A stretch of DNA of 17,594 nucleotides from Acaryochloridaceae cyanobacterium VAR_48_metabat_390 (GTDB lineage Bacteria > Cyanobacteriota > Cyanobacteriia > Thermosynechococcales > Thermosynechococcaceae): assembly GCA_031422435.1 (NCBI GenBank), contig JANPLU010000087.1, forward strand, positions 1 through 17,594. Direction: 5' to 3'. Each line of letters opens with the position of its first letter. Position 1 is the stretch's first letter. The translations under genes were made by a program, and so were the position numbers. Shown piece by piece: positions 1 through 8,045 of this stretch. The notes under the pieces are model-generated. The model worked only from the letters and a program-made list of their open reading frames with translations. It did not search any database and had not been told where the DNA came from.

Positions 1-691
1 GTAATGGCTTGGCTTCTAGGCGAATACGCGAGGTTGTCATGCGGATGGTTGCCAATTCTCGATAGCACGCCAGCGGCCCTGTAAGATCGATCGATTCTGG
101 TGCAGACCAAGCGCTAACGGGGGGAGATTTTGGGGCTGCGGCTCGCGAAGGAGTCTCTACGGCAATGGCATCATATCCAAACGAAATCACTGCGTCTGAT
201 AGGCCAGCGCTGATAGGTGCGCTATGGGTTGATTGAGCCGTTTTAAGCAGATCCCGATATTGCAGCACGCGCTGCTGTTGTCGTCTTAACTGCATTTTGA
301 GATCGCGGCAAATGGCGCTCATCTCGGTCAACTGAGATGTCTGTTGATGGCAGGTTTGCTGGAGCGTCGTTTGCTCCTCTTGAGTGTGCTGGAGCGTTAG
401 GTCGCGGTTGGTTAATTGTTCAGAAAGAGTATTAATAACGGCCTGCTGATGCTGCAAAAGCTGATGAGCCGTTTCGAGTTCTAGACGCAAAACCGTTAAA
501 TTATCTTCTTGAGAGACGCAGGGAAACGGTAGCAGATGCTCTTGCCAATGAATATAGGGAGGACTCACTTCAGTCGCTTCAGCATTATCATCAGCAGAAA
601 TTGCGGTAAGAGAATCGTCAGAAAACCAGAAGGGTTGAGGCGGCAAGTAATCTCGTAAGGAATCAGAGTCAAAAGATTCAGGTAAAGACAT
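1..691 (-). CDS. Partial (3' end outside window) hypothetical coiled-coil protein
   Basis: Manual translation from ATG at 691 (MSLPESFDSDSLRDYLPPQ...) stays open to the window edge (...ELATIRMTTSRIRLEAKPL). Central Q/L-rich heptad segment LETAHQLLQHQQAVINTLSEQL...CRDLKMQLRRQQQRVLQYRDLL. Absent from the ORF track, presumably because there is no stop in the window. Confidence 0.75.
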   Translation of the reverse strand, partial: MSLPESFDSDSLRDYLPPQPFWFSDDSLTAISADDNAEATEVSPPYIHWQEHLLPFPCVSQEDNLTVLRLELETAHQLLQHQQAVINTLSEQLTNRDLTLQHTQEEQTTLQQTCHQQTSQLTEMSAICRDLKMQLRRQQQRVLQYRDLLKTAQSTHSAPISAGLSDAVISFGYDAIAVETPSRAAAPKSPPVSAWSAPESIDLTGPLACYRELATIRMTTSRIRLEAKPL

Positions 692-886
692 ATCCACACA
701 CCCAAAGCGTTAATTAATTTAGACTCAAATGCTCAAGAAGAGGATGGCGTCGCGTTTAGTGAAGGTTGGGACAATTCTTAAAGTACCCATTTTTAGGTCA
801 AAGTATTGCAGTGTAGAACACGATCTTAAGATTCTGCCATACTTTCAAGGAGATCCAATATCTATGAGTGGGTCGTATGGATATGT

Positions 887-2974
887 TTACACCCAATCTT
901 TGCGCTTTTGGACTCCTACTAATATCAACAGCATGACAAAAATCAGTGCACCGAGTTTGAGCCAATGACCCACGACGTTGACGGCAAAGGCATCCCCTTG
1001 ATTCCGGTTAAAACGATTGAGCAGTTCTTCTGCCGCTGCGATCGCCCGACCCCGCTTTTCTTTCCACTGACTGAAGCGGGTTTGCCATGTGTCTAAGTCT
1101 TTACGATATTTTTTGGTTGTTTCAGAATAGGCTTTGAGTTCATCAGAAAATTGCTGACCATCCAAAAGCAAATTTTCAGGCTCTGTTGGCGGTTCTCCAG
1201 GACTTTTGGGTCTGATAGGCTCTGCTTGATTGACGGCAGGATGATACTCCTGATGAAGGGAGGGAAACGCGCATCGATCAAAGAGTTGGGGCCCCATACA
1301 CTGACAGGATTTTTTGTCTTCTTCTTTCCAGTCTCTGCGCACGGCATCGGGCTTCTTCCAGCAGGGGTCTTGAGCAATATCTTTACCCACGCCAGAAAGC
1401 GTCACCATTGACTCATACGCCCAGCGGGTGATGGTCAATTCGCTGATGGTTATTCCGGCAGGCCCCAGGGTGCGTAGGGGGATAAAAGACCCAGCAAAGG
1501 TAATTTGGGGTACCAAAAATAAAATGGTGAGCAGCGGAGCCATATTTTGAGAGGTGGAAAGCGCTGATACCAGTAAGCCCATTACCATGCCGCCCAACGT
1601 GGACAAAAACAGGGTGAAGTAAATGGACAGCCCCGTCACCCAAGTACCCGGAAAATCAACGGAGATCGCCTTAGTGCTGATAAAAATAGCGGATTGATAC
1701 ACCGCTAATGCCGCGCTCAGACTCACCTTAGACAGCACATAGGGCAAAATTTGGAGACCAATCATGCGCTCCCGTCGATAAATCTCTGACTCCTTTACCA
1801 CCTCGCGCATGGTGCTGAGGCTGCCCACAATGACGGCAATGAGTACTGAAATAAATAGCAGGGTAAAGCACTGCCCGGGTTCACCTACGGCAGAGTCAAA
1901 CATATTGCGCCGCCACATCACAAAATCGAGAATTCCTAGAATCGGCGCAATGGCGAGTAAAAATAAAAAGCTAGGGCGATCTTGACGCAAGATAGCGAGG
2001 CTACGCCGAAAAAGAATGCGAAACTGGCGCAAGGGAGCGGTTCTTAGAGACTGAGTCGGCTCCGTTTTAAGGAGGGTAGCGCCCTGACGTGCCTGCATGT
2101 CAAAAAGAGAAATTTGGCGGTCAGCGACATATTTTTGGTAGTACGGCGACTGCTGATACTGCGAGGCCCACTCCTGGGGTGATCGCTCCTCGTCTACTTT
2201 GATATAAATTTCGTCAAATTCTTCAACGCCAAAATAATCTAGAGCATCCTTGGGTGGCCCAAAGTAGGCAACGCGCCCACCCTTTGCTAAAAACACGACC
2301 AAGTCACTGATTATCAAGTTCTTAGTGGTGTGCGTAACTAATACCACCGTGCGTCCCTGACTCGCCATGCGCCGCAGCAGCCGCATCATCTGTAGCTCCG
2401 TGCCAGGGTCAAGGCCGGAAGTCGCCTCGTCGAGAAAAAACAAGCCTGGTTTTGTTAGTAGCTCAACGCCGATTGAAACGCGCTTACGCTGACCACCGCT
2501 GAGGTTTTTAACATAGGTCTCAACTTGTTCCTCTAGCTCTAAGTCCATCAGCACCTGTTTGACCTGCTGTCGCCGATCCGCTTCTGATGTATTGGGGGCA
2601 AGCCGTAGCTGCGCTGCAAAATTAAGCGCCTGCTGAACAGTTAGATCTTGGTGGATGATATCGTCTTGGGGCACATAGCCCAATTCGGTGCGGTAGGCAT
2701 CATAGTTTTTGTAAAGGTTATCACCATTTACAAAAACGCTGCCCTTGGATGCGGGTCGAAACCCGCAGAGTGCATTGAGGAGGGTAGACTTTCCCGCGCC
2801 ACTGACCCCCACAATCGTGACAAATTCTGTGGGTAAAATAGACAGCGAAACGTCATCTAATAGCTTGAGTTTCCCCACGCGGTAGACGAGATCGCAAGCA
2901 TCTAGCCTCAGTGGATTGATGGGCGCAGTAGAATCTGGCGAGGTGAGCAAGGGCTTTGATGTACCGTTTAGCAA
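887..2974 (-). CDS. ABCG-like ABC half-transporter (N-terminal ATPase fused to ABC-2 permease); start codon uncertain
   Basis: Walker A GVSGAGKS, Q-loop YVPQDD, signature LSGGQRKR, Walker B FFLDEATSGLD, H-loop LVTH, then about 6 TM segments with 'REVVKESEIYRRER'. The TTG start is the first start codon after an in-frame TAA at 3014-3016. Confidence 0.9.
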   Translation of the reverse strand: MLNGTSKPLLTSPDSTAPINPLRLDACDLVYRVGKLKLLDDVSLSILPTEFVTIVGVSGAGKSTLLNALCGFRPASKGSVFVNGDNLYKNYDAYRTELGYVPQDDIIHQDLTVQQALNFAAQLRLAPNTSEADRRQQVKQVLMDLELEEQVETYVKNLSGGQRKRVSIGVELLTKPGLFFLDEATSGLDPGTELQMMRLLRRMASQGRTVVLVTHTTKNLIISDLVVFLAKGGRVAYFGPPKDALDYFGVEEFDEIYIKVDEERSPQEWASQYQQSPYYQKYVADRQISLFDMQARQGATLLKTEPTQSLRTAPLRQFRILFRRSLAILRQDRPSFLFLLAIAPILGILDFVMWRRNMFDSAVGEPGQCFTLLFISVLIAVIVGSLSTMREVVKESEIYRRERMIGLQILPYVLSKVSLSAALAVYQSAIFISTKAISVDFPGTWVTGLSIYFTLFLSTLGGMVMGLLVSALSTSQNMAPLLTILFLVPQITFAGSFIPLRTLGPAGITISELTITRWAYESMVTLSGVGKDIAQDPCWKKPDAVRRDWKEEDKKSCQCMGPQLFDRCAFPSLHQEYHPAVNQAEPIRPKSPGEPPTEPENLLLDGQQFSDELKAYSETTKKYRKDLDTWQTRFSQWKEKRGRAIAAAEELLNRFNRNQGDAFAVNVVGHWLKLGALIFVMLLILVGVQKRKDWV

Positions 2975-3029
2975 GGCGTTTTTTGAAGTTTCTGGGGTTG
3001 AACTTGGTGTGAGTTATTTAACCCGCTTA

Positions 3030-3198
3030 GGATTGTGAATTAAATAACTAGAGTATTGGTAAGAGATTTTATAACTTGCACTCCCTCATCCCATAACCCC
3101 TTTTCCCTAGGGAGAAGGGGGATCGGACTCTTGCTCCCTCTCCCTAGGGAGAGGGTTGGGGTGAGGGTCAAAAATGTGAATGATTTAATCCGCTTATC
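3030..3198. mobile_element. Putative MITE/REP-like element with internal palindromes
   Basis: Flanked by TTA on both sides (3027-3029, 3199-3201). Weak terminal IRs (GGATTGTGAATTAAAT vs GATAAGCGGATTAAAT, 10/16). Contains outer IR 3083-3092/3158-3167, hairpin 3097-3120 and perfect 20-bp palindrome CCCTCTCCCTAGGGAGAGGG (3136-3155), a typical cyanobacterial dispersed-repeat type. Confidence 0.6.
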
Positions 3199-3258
3199 TT
3201 AGAACCTTAAGTTTAAGGTTAAGCGCGTCCTTTTTTGAAGCGGATAGCCACTCAAACG

Positions 3259-3285
3259 GAAGGGGTGAGCATTGCCCACCCCTTC
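3259..3285 (-). terminator. Stem-loop downstream of fbaA (probable terminator or 3' stabiliser)
   Basis: Minus strand GAAGGGGTGGGC-AAT-GCTCACCCCTTC, 12-bp stem with one G-U, about 27 nt after the fbaA stop; weak U tail (CGTTTG). Confidence 0.65.
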
Positions 3286-3312
3286 ACCAGCTCACCGTGA
3301 GGTTAAAGCTGT

Positions 3313-4383
3313 TTATACAACCGCAGCTACTTGCTGGAGGTCGCCCTTGGCATACTTGCTGGCGTATTCTTCTAGGCTAACTTGCTTGATCTTGCTGCCG
3401 TGACCCGCACACCAGAACTGTGTATAGCGGTCAGCACATACCTTTTGCATGTACTTAATGGAAGGCTTCAAGAAAAAGCGAGGGTCGAATTCGCTAGGCT
3501 TTGACTGAAGCGCTTCACGCACAGCCGCAGTAATGGCTAAACGGCAGTCGGTATCAATATTGATTTTACGAACGCCGCTCTTGATGCCCTTCTGAATTTC
3601 TTCGACGGGCACGCCATAGGTTTCGGGAATTGCGCCACCATGCTGGTTAATGAGCGCCAGCAGGTCTTCAGGCACTGAAGAAGATCCGTGCATGACCAAG
3701 TGGGTGTTGGGCAGACGACGGTGAATTTCTTCGATGCGGCTGATGGCGAGAATTTCGCCAGTGGGCTTGCGGGTGAACTTGTATGCGCCATGACTGGTGC
3801 CGATCGCCACGGCTAACGCATCCACTTGGGTACGTTCTACAAAATCCACGGCTTCATCAGGGTCGGTGAGGAGCATGGAGTGGTCGAGTTCGCCCTCAAA
3901 CCCGTGACCGTCTTCTGCTTCGCCTTTACCTGTTTCAAGGGAGCCTAGGCAGCCAAGCTCACCTTCAACGGAAGCGCCGATGGAGTGAGCCACTTTGACC
4001 ACTTCGCTGGTGACGGCGACGTTGTACTCATAGCTGGCAGGGGTTTTAGCGTCTGCCTCTAAGGAGCCATCCATCATGACGCTGGTGAAATTGTTCTTGA
4101 GCGCTGAATAGCAGGTGCTCGGTGCATTGCCGTGATCTTGGTGCATCACAATGGGAATGTGAGGATAGGTTTCTACCGCTGCCAAGATGAGGTGACGCAA
4201 AAAGTTTTCGCCAGCGTAGGTACGAGCGCCGCGAGAAGCTTGCAAAATCACTGGGCTGTCCGTTTCGTTGGCAGCCTGCATGATTGACTGGATCTGCTCC
4301 ATGTTGTTGACGTTAAAAGCAGGAATCCCATAACCGTTTTCAGCGGCGTGATCCAACAGTAGCCGCAAAGGTACGAGCGCCAT
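3313..4383 (-). CDS. fbaA: Fructose-bisphosphate aldolase class II (cyanobacterial/Calvin-cycle subtype)
   Basis: [27 protein letters not shown] start, [42 protein letters not shown] motifs; SD-like GAGGA upstream. Confidence 0.97.
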   Translation of the reverse strand: MALVPLRLLLDHAAENGYGIPAFNVNNMEQIQSIMQAANETDSPVILQASRGARTYAGENFLRHLILAAVETYPHIPIVMHQDHGNAPSTCYSALKNNFTSVMMDGSLEADAKTPASYEYNVAVTSEVVKVAHSIGASVEGELGCLGSLETGKGEAEDGHGFEGELDHSMLLTDPDEAVDFVERTQVDALAVAIGTSHGAYKFTRKPTGEILAISRIEEIHRRLPNTHLVMHGSSSVPEDLLALINQHGGAIPETYGVPVEEIQKGIKSGVRKINIDTDCRLAITAAVREALQSKPSEFDPRFFLKPSIKYMQKVCADRYTQFWCAGHGSKIKQVSLEEYASKYAKGDLQQVAAVV

Positions 4384-4605
4384 AGATGATTTTCCTCGTT
4401 GTGATGTAGACGAAACTTCGGATTAAACGCGCTGAATTGTTACGCTAATCTTAAGTCATATTATCCTGTTAGGGGTCTTCCTGTTCACAATGCTTGTTTA
4501 TCGCAAACATTCGCTGTGCTTAGGTTAATGACTCTGCGATGCCCTTTATCAAACGGGTAAGAAGCCCCTCATTTTCGATGAAGTCACCTTATAGATTTTG
4601 AAAAA

Positions 4606-4677
4606 TGGGTCGCCCGAGATTCGAACTCGGAACAAATCGGTTAAAAGCCGAGTACTCTACCGTTGAGTTAGCGACCC
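4606..4677 (-). tRNA. trnK: tRNA-Lys (UUU), CCA not encoded
   Basis: Reverse complement GGGTCGCTAACTCAACGGTAGAGTACTCGGCTTTTAACCGATTTGTTCCGAGTTCGAATCTCGGGCGACCCA; acceptor GGGTCGC/GCGACCC, anticodon loop CTTTTAA, T-loop TTCGAAT. Confidence 0.97.
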
Positions 4678-4784
4678 TAGGTTAGTGCGTTTTTGTGCTC
4701 TAGCACAGTAATCAAAGGTAACACAGTAGGTCTGCTTGTGCCAACTTAATTTTTGATTAGAGATTGAAAGGGAATGCCAGACTG

Positions 4785-5360
4785 ATGTCTACGGTCGCAT
4801 ATTTTAATGTGGTGCGGCGTGGGAAGATTGCCCAGAGCCTGCAACCTGGGGGTTGAAGTTGGATGTGGTCTATGCAAGACGCTATTAAGCATGAGCTATT
4901 GGAACTACTCAACGGTATTGAGCAGCAGCGCAGCCGCTAAATTCGTCAGGGACGTGCACTAAACGCCTAAAGGGTCTATCGACGTTAGCGAAAGCTCCTT
5001 ACGGCGATAGACGAGGCCGCTCGCCATATGATTGACCGCAGCTTTACGCCACCTTGTGGAAAAGCATGGTGAAAAAGTGTCGCTTTTGACAGAGCAGCGA
5101 TGGCTGATCCGGTCTATCGAGGTGACTTAGTCCACAATGATGCTGCCCAGCCCCATACTCATCCGCCGATTATGCTGCGCTCTGAGGCTGCTTAAGTAGA
5201 TCGGCTGCTGAAACGCAGCCAGAGTTTAGCGCCCCGTGGCCAGTGCCCCGCGATCACTCGGTTCCTTCGCTTGTTCAGAAAACACGCTCCGTTCGGCACT
5301 AGCTACCCAAATTGGAGATCGGAATAAGAGAGGGGCTGGCTATTAAGGACTGGGCTGCCA
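4785..5360 (+). pseudogene. Decayed cyanobacterial serine-recombinase ('recombinase family') gene
   Basis: Collinear fragments across frames: MSTVAYF; PEPATWGLKLDVVY; QQRSR*IRQG (TAA 4938-4940); KAPYGDRRG (4991-5017); LVEKHGEKVSLLTEQRWL; DPVYRGDL (5106-5129); THPPIMLRSEAA*VDRLLKR (TAA 5193-5195); ASAPRSL (5239-5259). These follow the family pattern as I recall it (GKAPYGYRRG...WLTNPVYRGD...EEAAQVDRLL...ASAPRSLAG). The 3' boundary is approximate. Confidence 0.8.
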
Positions 5361-5391
5361 AAAATTCATACATGTCACTCAAAGACGGCTC

Positions 5392-6075
5392 TTAGACAAG
5401 ACTGTTTACTAAGGAGTCTTGTTTTTCGTAATATTTTGTTACCTTAAAAGAGCCGCATCCAAGTTCTATAGGAGTGAGACGGCGTTGTAAGGCAGCAATC
5501 GCGTGACGATTTTGCTCTATTAGTTTGGGAACCACGCTATATCTACTCAGCAATTCTTCCAGATAAGCAATCCGGGCTTCTAATGCTTCTGCATTTTGAT
5601 TTTGGCGATCGCTTGGTTCTGGAGTCGCTTCAAACTCTTTTACGAAGACCTCAATTTCGCTTAAACGACTTGTGAGAATAGCAAATGATTCAGCAGCAGA
5701 TACCTGCTTTGATTGCTCTAAAGCTGAATTTTCTGTCAACACTGTTTCTACAGTGTGAATGCGAGACTCCAAAGTGGTGATGATTTGGTTGCGGTCAGTA
5801 AACTGTTCAATTAAAGCAACCACTTTGGGCACAAGTTCTTCTAAAGCAGTCGTCGGCTTAGCAACAGCTTTTTCTTCATCTTGTGGTGCTTGGGGGGTGG
5901 CTTTGTTCGCTAAACTGGTATTTACTAATCCAATCAGCCAATAGGCAGATGCCATAATTGTTTCTTCAACGACGGCCTGCATCACCCCCGTGAAGTCTTG
6001 TCGCTTAAACTCCCTGGTGCGCTGCTGAGTGTCGTTTAGCTTCTCTTTATTAAAGAAATCGGTAAACCAAGTCAT
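5392..6075 (-). CDS. Hypothetical coiled-coil protein (gene 3 of cluster)
   Basis: 227-aa ORF with heptad segments (LESRIHTVETVL, LTSRLSEIEVFV, LEARIAYLEELL, IAALQRRL); purine-rich GGAAAGAAAA before ATG. Confidence 0.75.
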   Translation of the reverse strand: MTWFTDFFNKEKLNDTQQRTREFKRQDFTGVMQAVVEETIMASAYWLIGLVNTSLANKATPQAPQDEEKAVAKPTTALEELVPKVVALIEQFTDRNQIITTLESRIHTVETVLTENSALEQSKQVSAAESFAILTSRLSEIEVFVKEFEATPEPSDRQNQNAEALEARIAYLEELLSRYSVVPKLIEQNRHAIAALQRRLTPIELGCGSFKVTKYYEKQDSLVNSLV

Positions 6076-6215
6076 GTTTTCTTTCCAAAATGTTGAAAAC
6101 TAGCCTGTCTGTATAAATAGCCGGAAGTCAAAAATTAGATTAAAGCACTAGCAAACTACAGTCTCCCACTGAATTAGATTGTGATTTAATAGCACTTTAA
6201 CTAGGTCGAAACTCA

Positions 6216-6815
6216 TTAGACCGTTGTGTCTTGAGAAACAGGAACCAGCCGATAGAGCATTCCACCAGTGGCAGTCTCAACAATTTGCTCGACGGGTCTC
6301 GCTTGTTCTACGGTGCGAAAATCGCTAGCCTTTTGCAGTGTCGTCACGGTATTTTGAACGGCATCGATTGTGGTTTTTATCGTATCCCATACGTCTTCAG
6401 TTGCATTTTTGAGTGTACTGGTCGTTATTTCAACTGTGCCAGACACTTCATCAGCTGCGCCCTTTACGGTAATGCCCACATCTTTGATCGTGTCATTCAC
6501 ACCGACCGTAACTTTATTAACTGCATTTCCAACTTCTTGTACCGTTTCGCTGACACTCGTTGCTGCGTTCCTGACTGAGTTTCCAACACCTTGAACAGTT
6601 TGATTCACTCGATCAACGTTGTTTTTTTTTGTTAAAGCACCTGCAATTCCTCCTACAGCCGCCCCAATCAACATGCCGATTGCAATTTTGAGAAATCCGT
6701 TTTGCGCAGAGCTAACCGTTTCATACTCTACTTCATCAAACGTATTCTCAAACTGCTTAACCGATTCATCAACGCTCATCTCTTTTGATGCTGAAACTTC
6801 ATTGCCGTTATACAT
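6216..6815 (-). CDS. Hypothetical protein, Gly-rich hydrophobic segment plus 18-aa amphipathic repeats (YtxH/LEA-like architecture; gene 2 of cluster)
   Basis: Start moved to ATG 6815 (SD AAGGA upstream) rather than TTG 6872. IAIGMLIGAAVGGIAGAL followed by five 18-aa repeats. Confidence 0.75.
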   Translation of the reverse strand: MYNGNEVSASKEMSVDESVKQFENTFDEVEYETVSSAQNGFLKIAIGMLIGAAVGGIAGALTKKNNVDRVNQTVQGVGNSVRNAATSVSETVQEVGNAVNKVTVGVNDTIKDVGITVKGAADEVSGTVEITTSTLKNATEDVWDTIKTTIDAVQNTVTTLQKASDFRTVEQARPVEQIVETATGGMLYRLVPVSQDTTV

Positions 6816-6903
6816 GATTTTAATTTCCTTTTTGAAAATATAGCTTGGCACTTTCATTACTAAAGATGCCAAATTTCTAAAATGCAGCTATTTGGATGAG
6901 ATA

Positions 6904-6947
6904 AGGCAGTCGTAAACCTAAAACTGCGTTGTGGCTTACGACTACCT
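6904..6947 (-). other. Intergenic RNA hairpin between cluster genes 1 and 2
   Basis: Minus strand AGGTAGTCGTAAGCC-N14-GGTTTACGACTGCCT: 15-bp stem whose two non-Watson-Crick pairs are both G-U on the coding strand; no U tail. Confidence 0.55.
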
Positions 6948-7035
6948 AGAACATAAAGATTTTAGAGAAATCTTATTTCACGTAATGGAGCCGAGACTCT
7001 AAGAACTACCGTTTCACAGTTTTTAATTCTGCGTT

Positions 7036-7722
7036 TTAGTAGTGATCTGAATTCTCATCGGTGATGATTACAAGCAGCGCTTGGTCTTCGGTCAACGTTG
7101 AGTCAGCAGGCTGTTCCTGCATCTCTTGGTGAATCGAATCGGTCGCCTCATTTACAGACTGCTTTGTCTGCTCAGCGGCATGTTTGACCGCATCGGTTGT
7201 GCTTTCGATCGCTTGCCCCACGCCGTGAACGGCACTCTGAACGGCATTCGCACCGCCAGCCACAACCTGCTGTGCTCCTTCTTTAATGTTCTGGGTTGCT
7301 TCTGAGGCGCCGCCAACCACCGCGTAGCCAACTCCTTCACCCAAACTCTTTGCGGCTTCGCCCATTCCTTTAGCCGTTTCACCCAGACCTTGACCAATCG
7401 TCCCAAAGGCTTTGCCAACGCCATTGAACGCATGGTTGAAGCCTTGAGAAACCCGCTTGCCTGCCAAAGCGCCCAAGGTTGTGCCAATCAATCCGCCGAC
7501 TAACGCTCTCGAAAGCATCGGATTCATGCCGCCAATGCTGAGTGGATTGGATGTCTTAGGCGAATTCTTAGCAGCAGTAGCTGTTTGAGCGCCTGTTGGC
7601 GAACCCATACTGATACCGTCGGGTTGCGAATAGCTGTAGGTTTGTGCTGAGGCTTGATTGGGGGATGAAGCGTTATAGGTCTTATCGTTATCAGAAATCC
7701 GTGCTGGGCTTGTGCTAATCAT
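7036..7722 (-). CDS. Hypothetical protein, Gly-zipper hydrophobic segment plus about 18-aa amphipathic repeats (gene 1 of cluster)
   Basis: 228-aa ORF, SD AGGA upstream; S/P/T-rich N-terminus, ALVGGLIGTTLGALAG, then G-rich 18-mer repeats. Confidence 0.78.
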   Translation of the reverse strand: MISTSPARISDNDKTYNASSPNQASAQTYSYSQPDGISMGSPTGAQTATAAKNSPKTSNPLSIGGMNPMLSRALVGGLIGTTLGALAGKRVSQGFNHAFNGVGKAFGTIGQGLGETAKGMGEAAKSLGEGVGYAVVGGASEATQNIKEGAQQVVAGGANAVQSAVHGVGQAIESTTDAVKHAAEQTKQSVNEATDSIHQEMQEQPADSTLTEDQALLVIITDENSDHY

Positions 7723-8045
7723 GTCTTGTTCCTAAAAAAGCTTTTTAATGAATACTGAGTGGAACTTCCAATCTTGATTGACTGGCTTACTACCAAGCTT
7801 ATTGATTGCAAACAAGTATTGCCTCTCTCAAATGACTTAAAAAAAGGAAGATCAAAAAAGATTTTGTAATATTGTTTTACATTAAGAATTCTCGATCTAA
7901 AATACCTCTTATAGATTGATAAAAATCTGACATCTGAGACCATTTTACGGCCTAGCTTAGATGCCAAAAGGAAGAGTTTTTTTATTGGACTTGGGTAAGA
8001 ACCTTTCCCTCAAAGCGTTTGCGAATCTAACCTGCGAGAGGTCTA

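Noticed and set aside
5205..5345. Possible structured ncRNA (CTAGTGCC/GGCACTGG and GCCAG/CTGGC pairings on the minus strand)
   Set aside because: The same bases encode the recombinase remnant (VDRLLKR...ASAPRSL); the short stems are compatible with chance.
7865..7881. NtcA-like palindrome TGTA-N9-TACA upstream of the three-gene cluster
   Set aside because: The spacer is 9 nt rather than the GTA-N8-TAC consensus, and the context is AT-rich.
7719..7967. 82-aa ORF overlapping the start of cluster gene 1
   Set aside because: TTG start, no SD, composition typical of AT-rich non-coding DNA; probably promoter/UTR.
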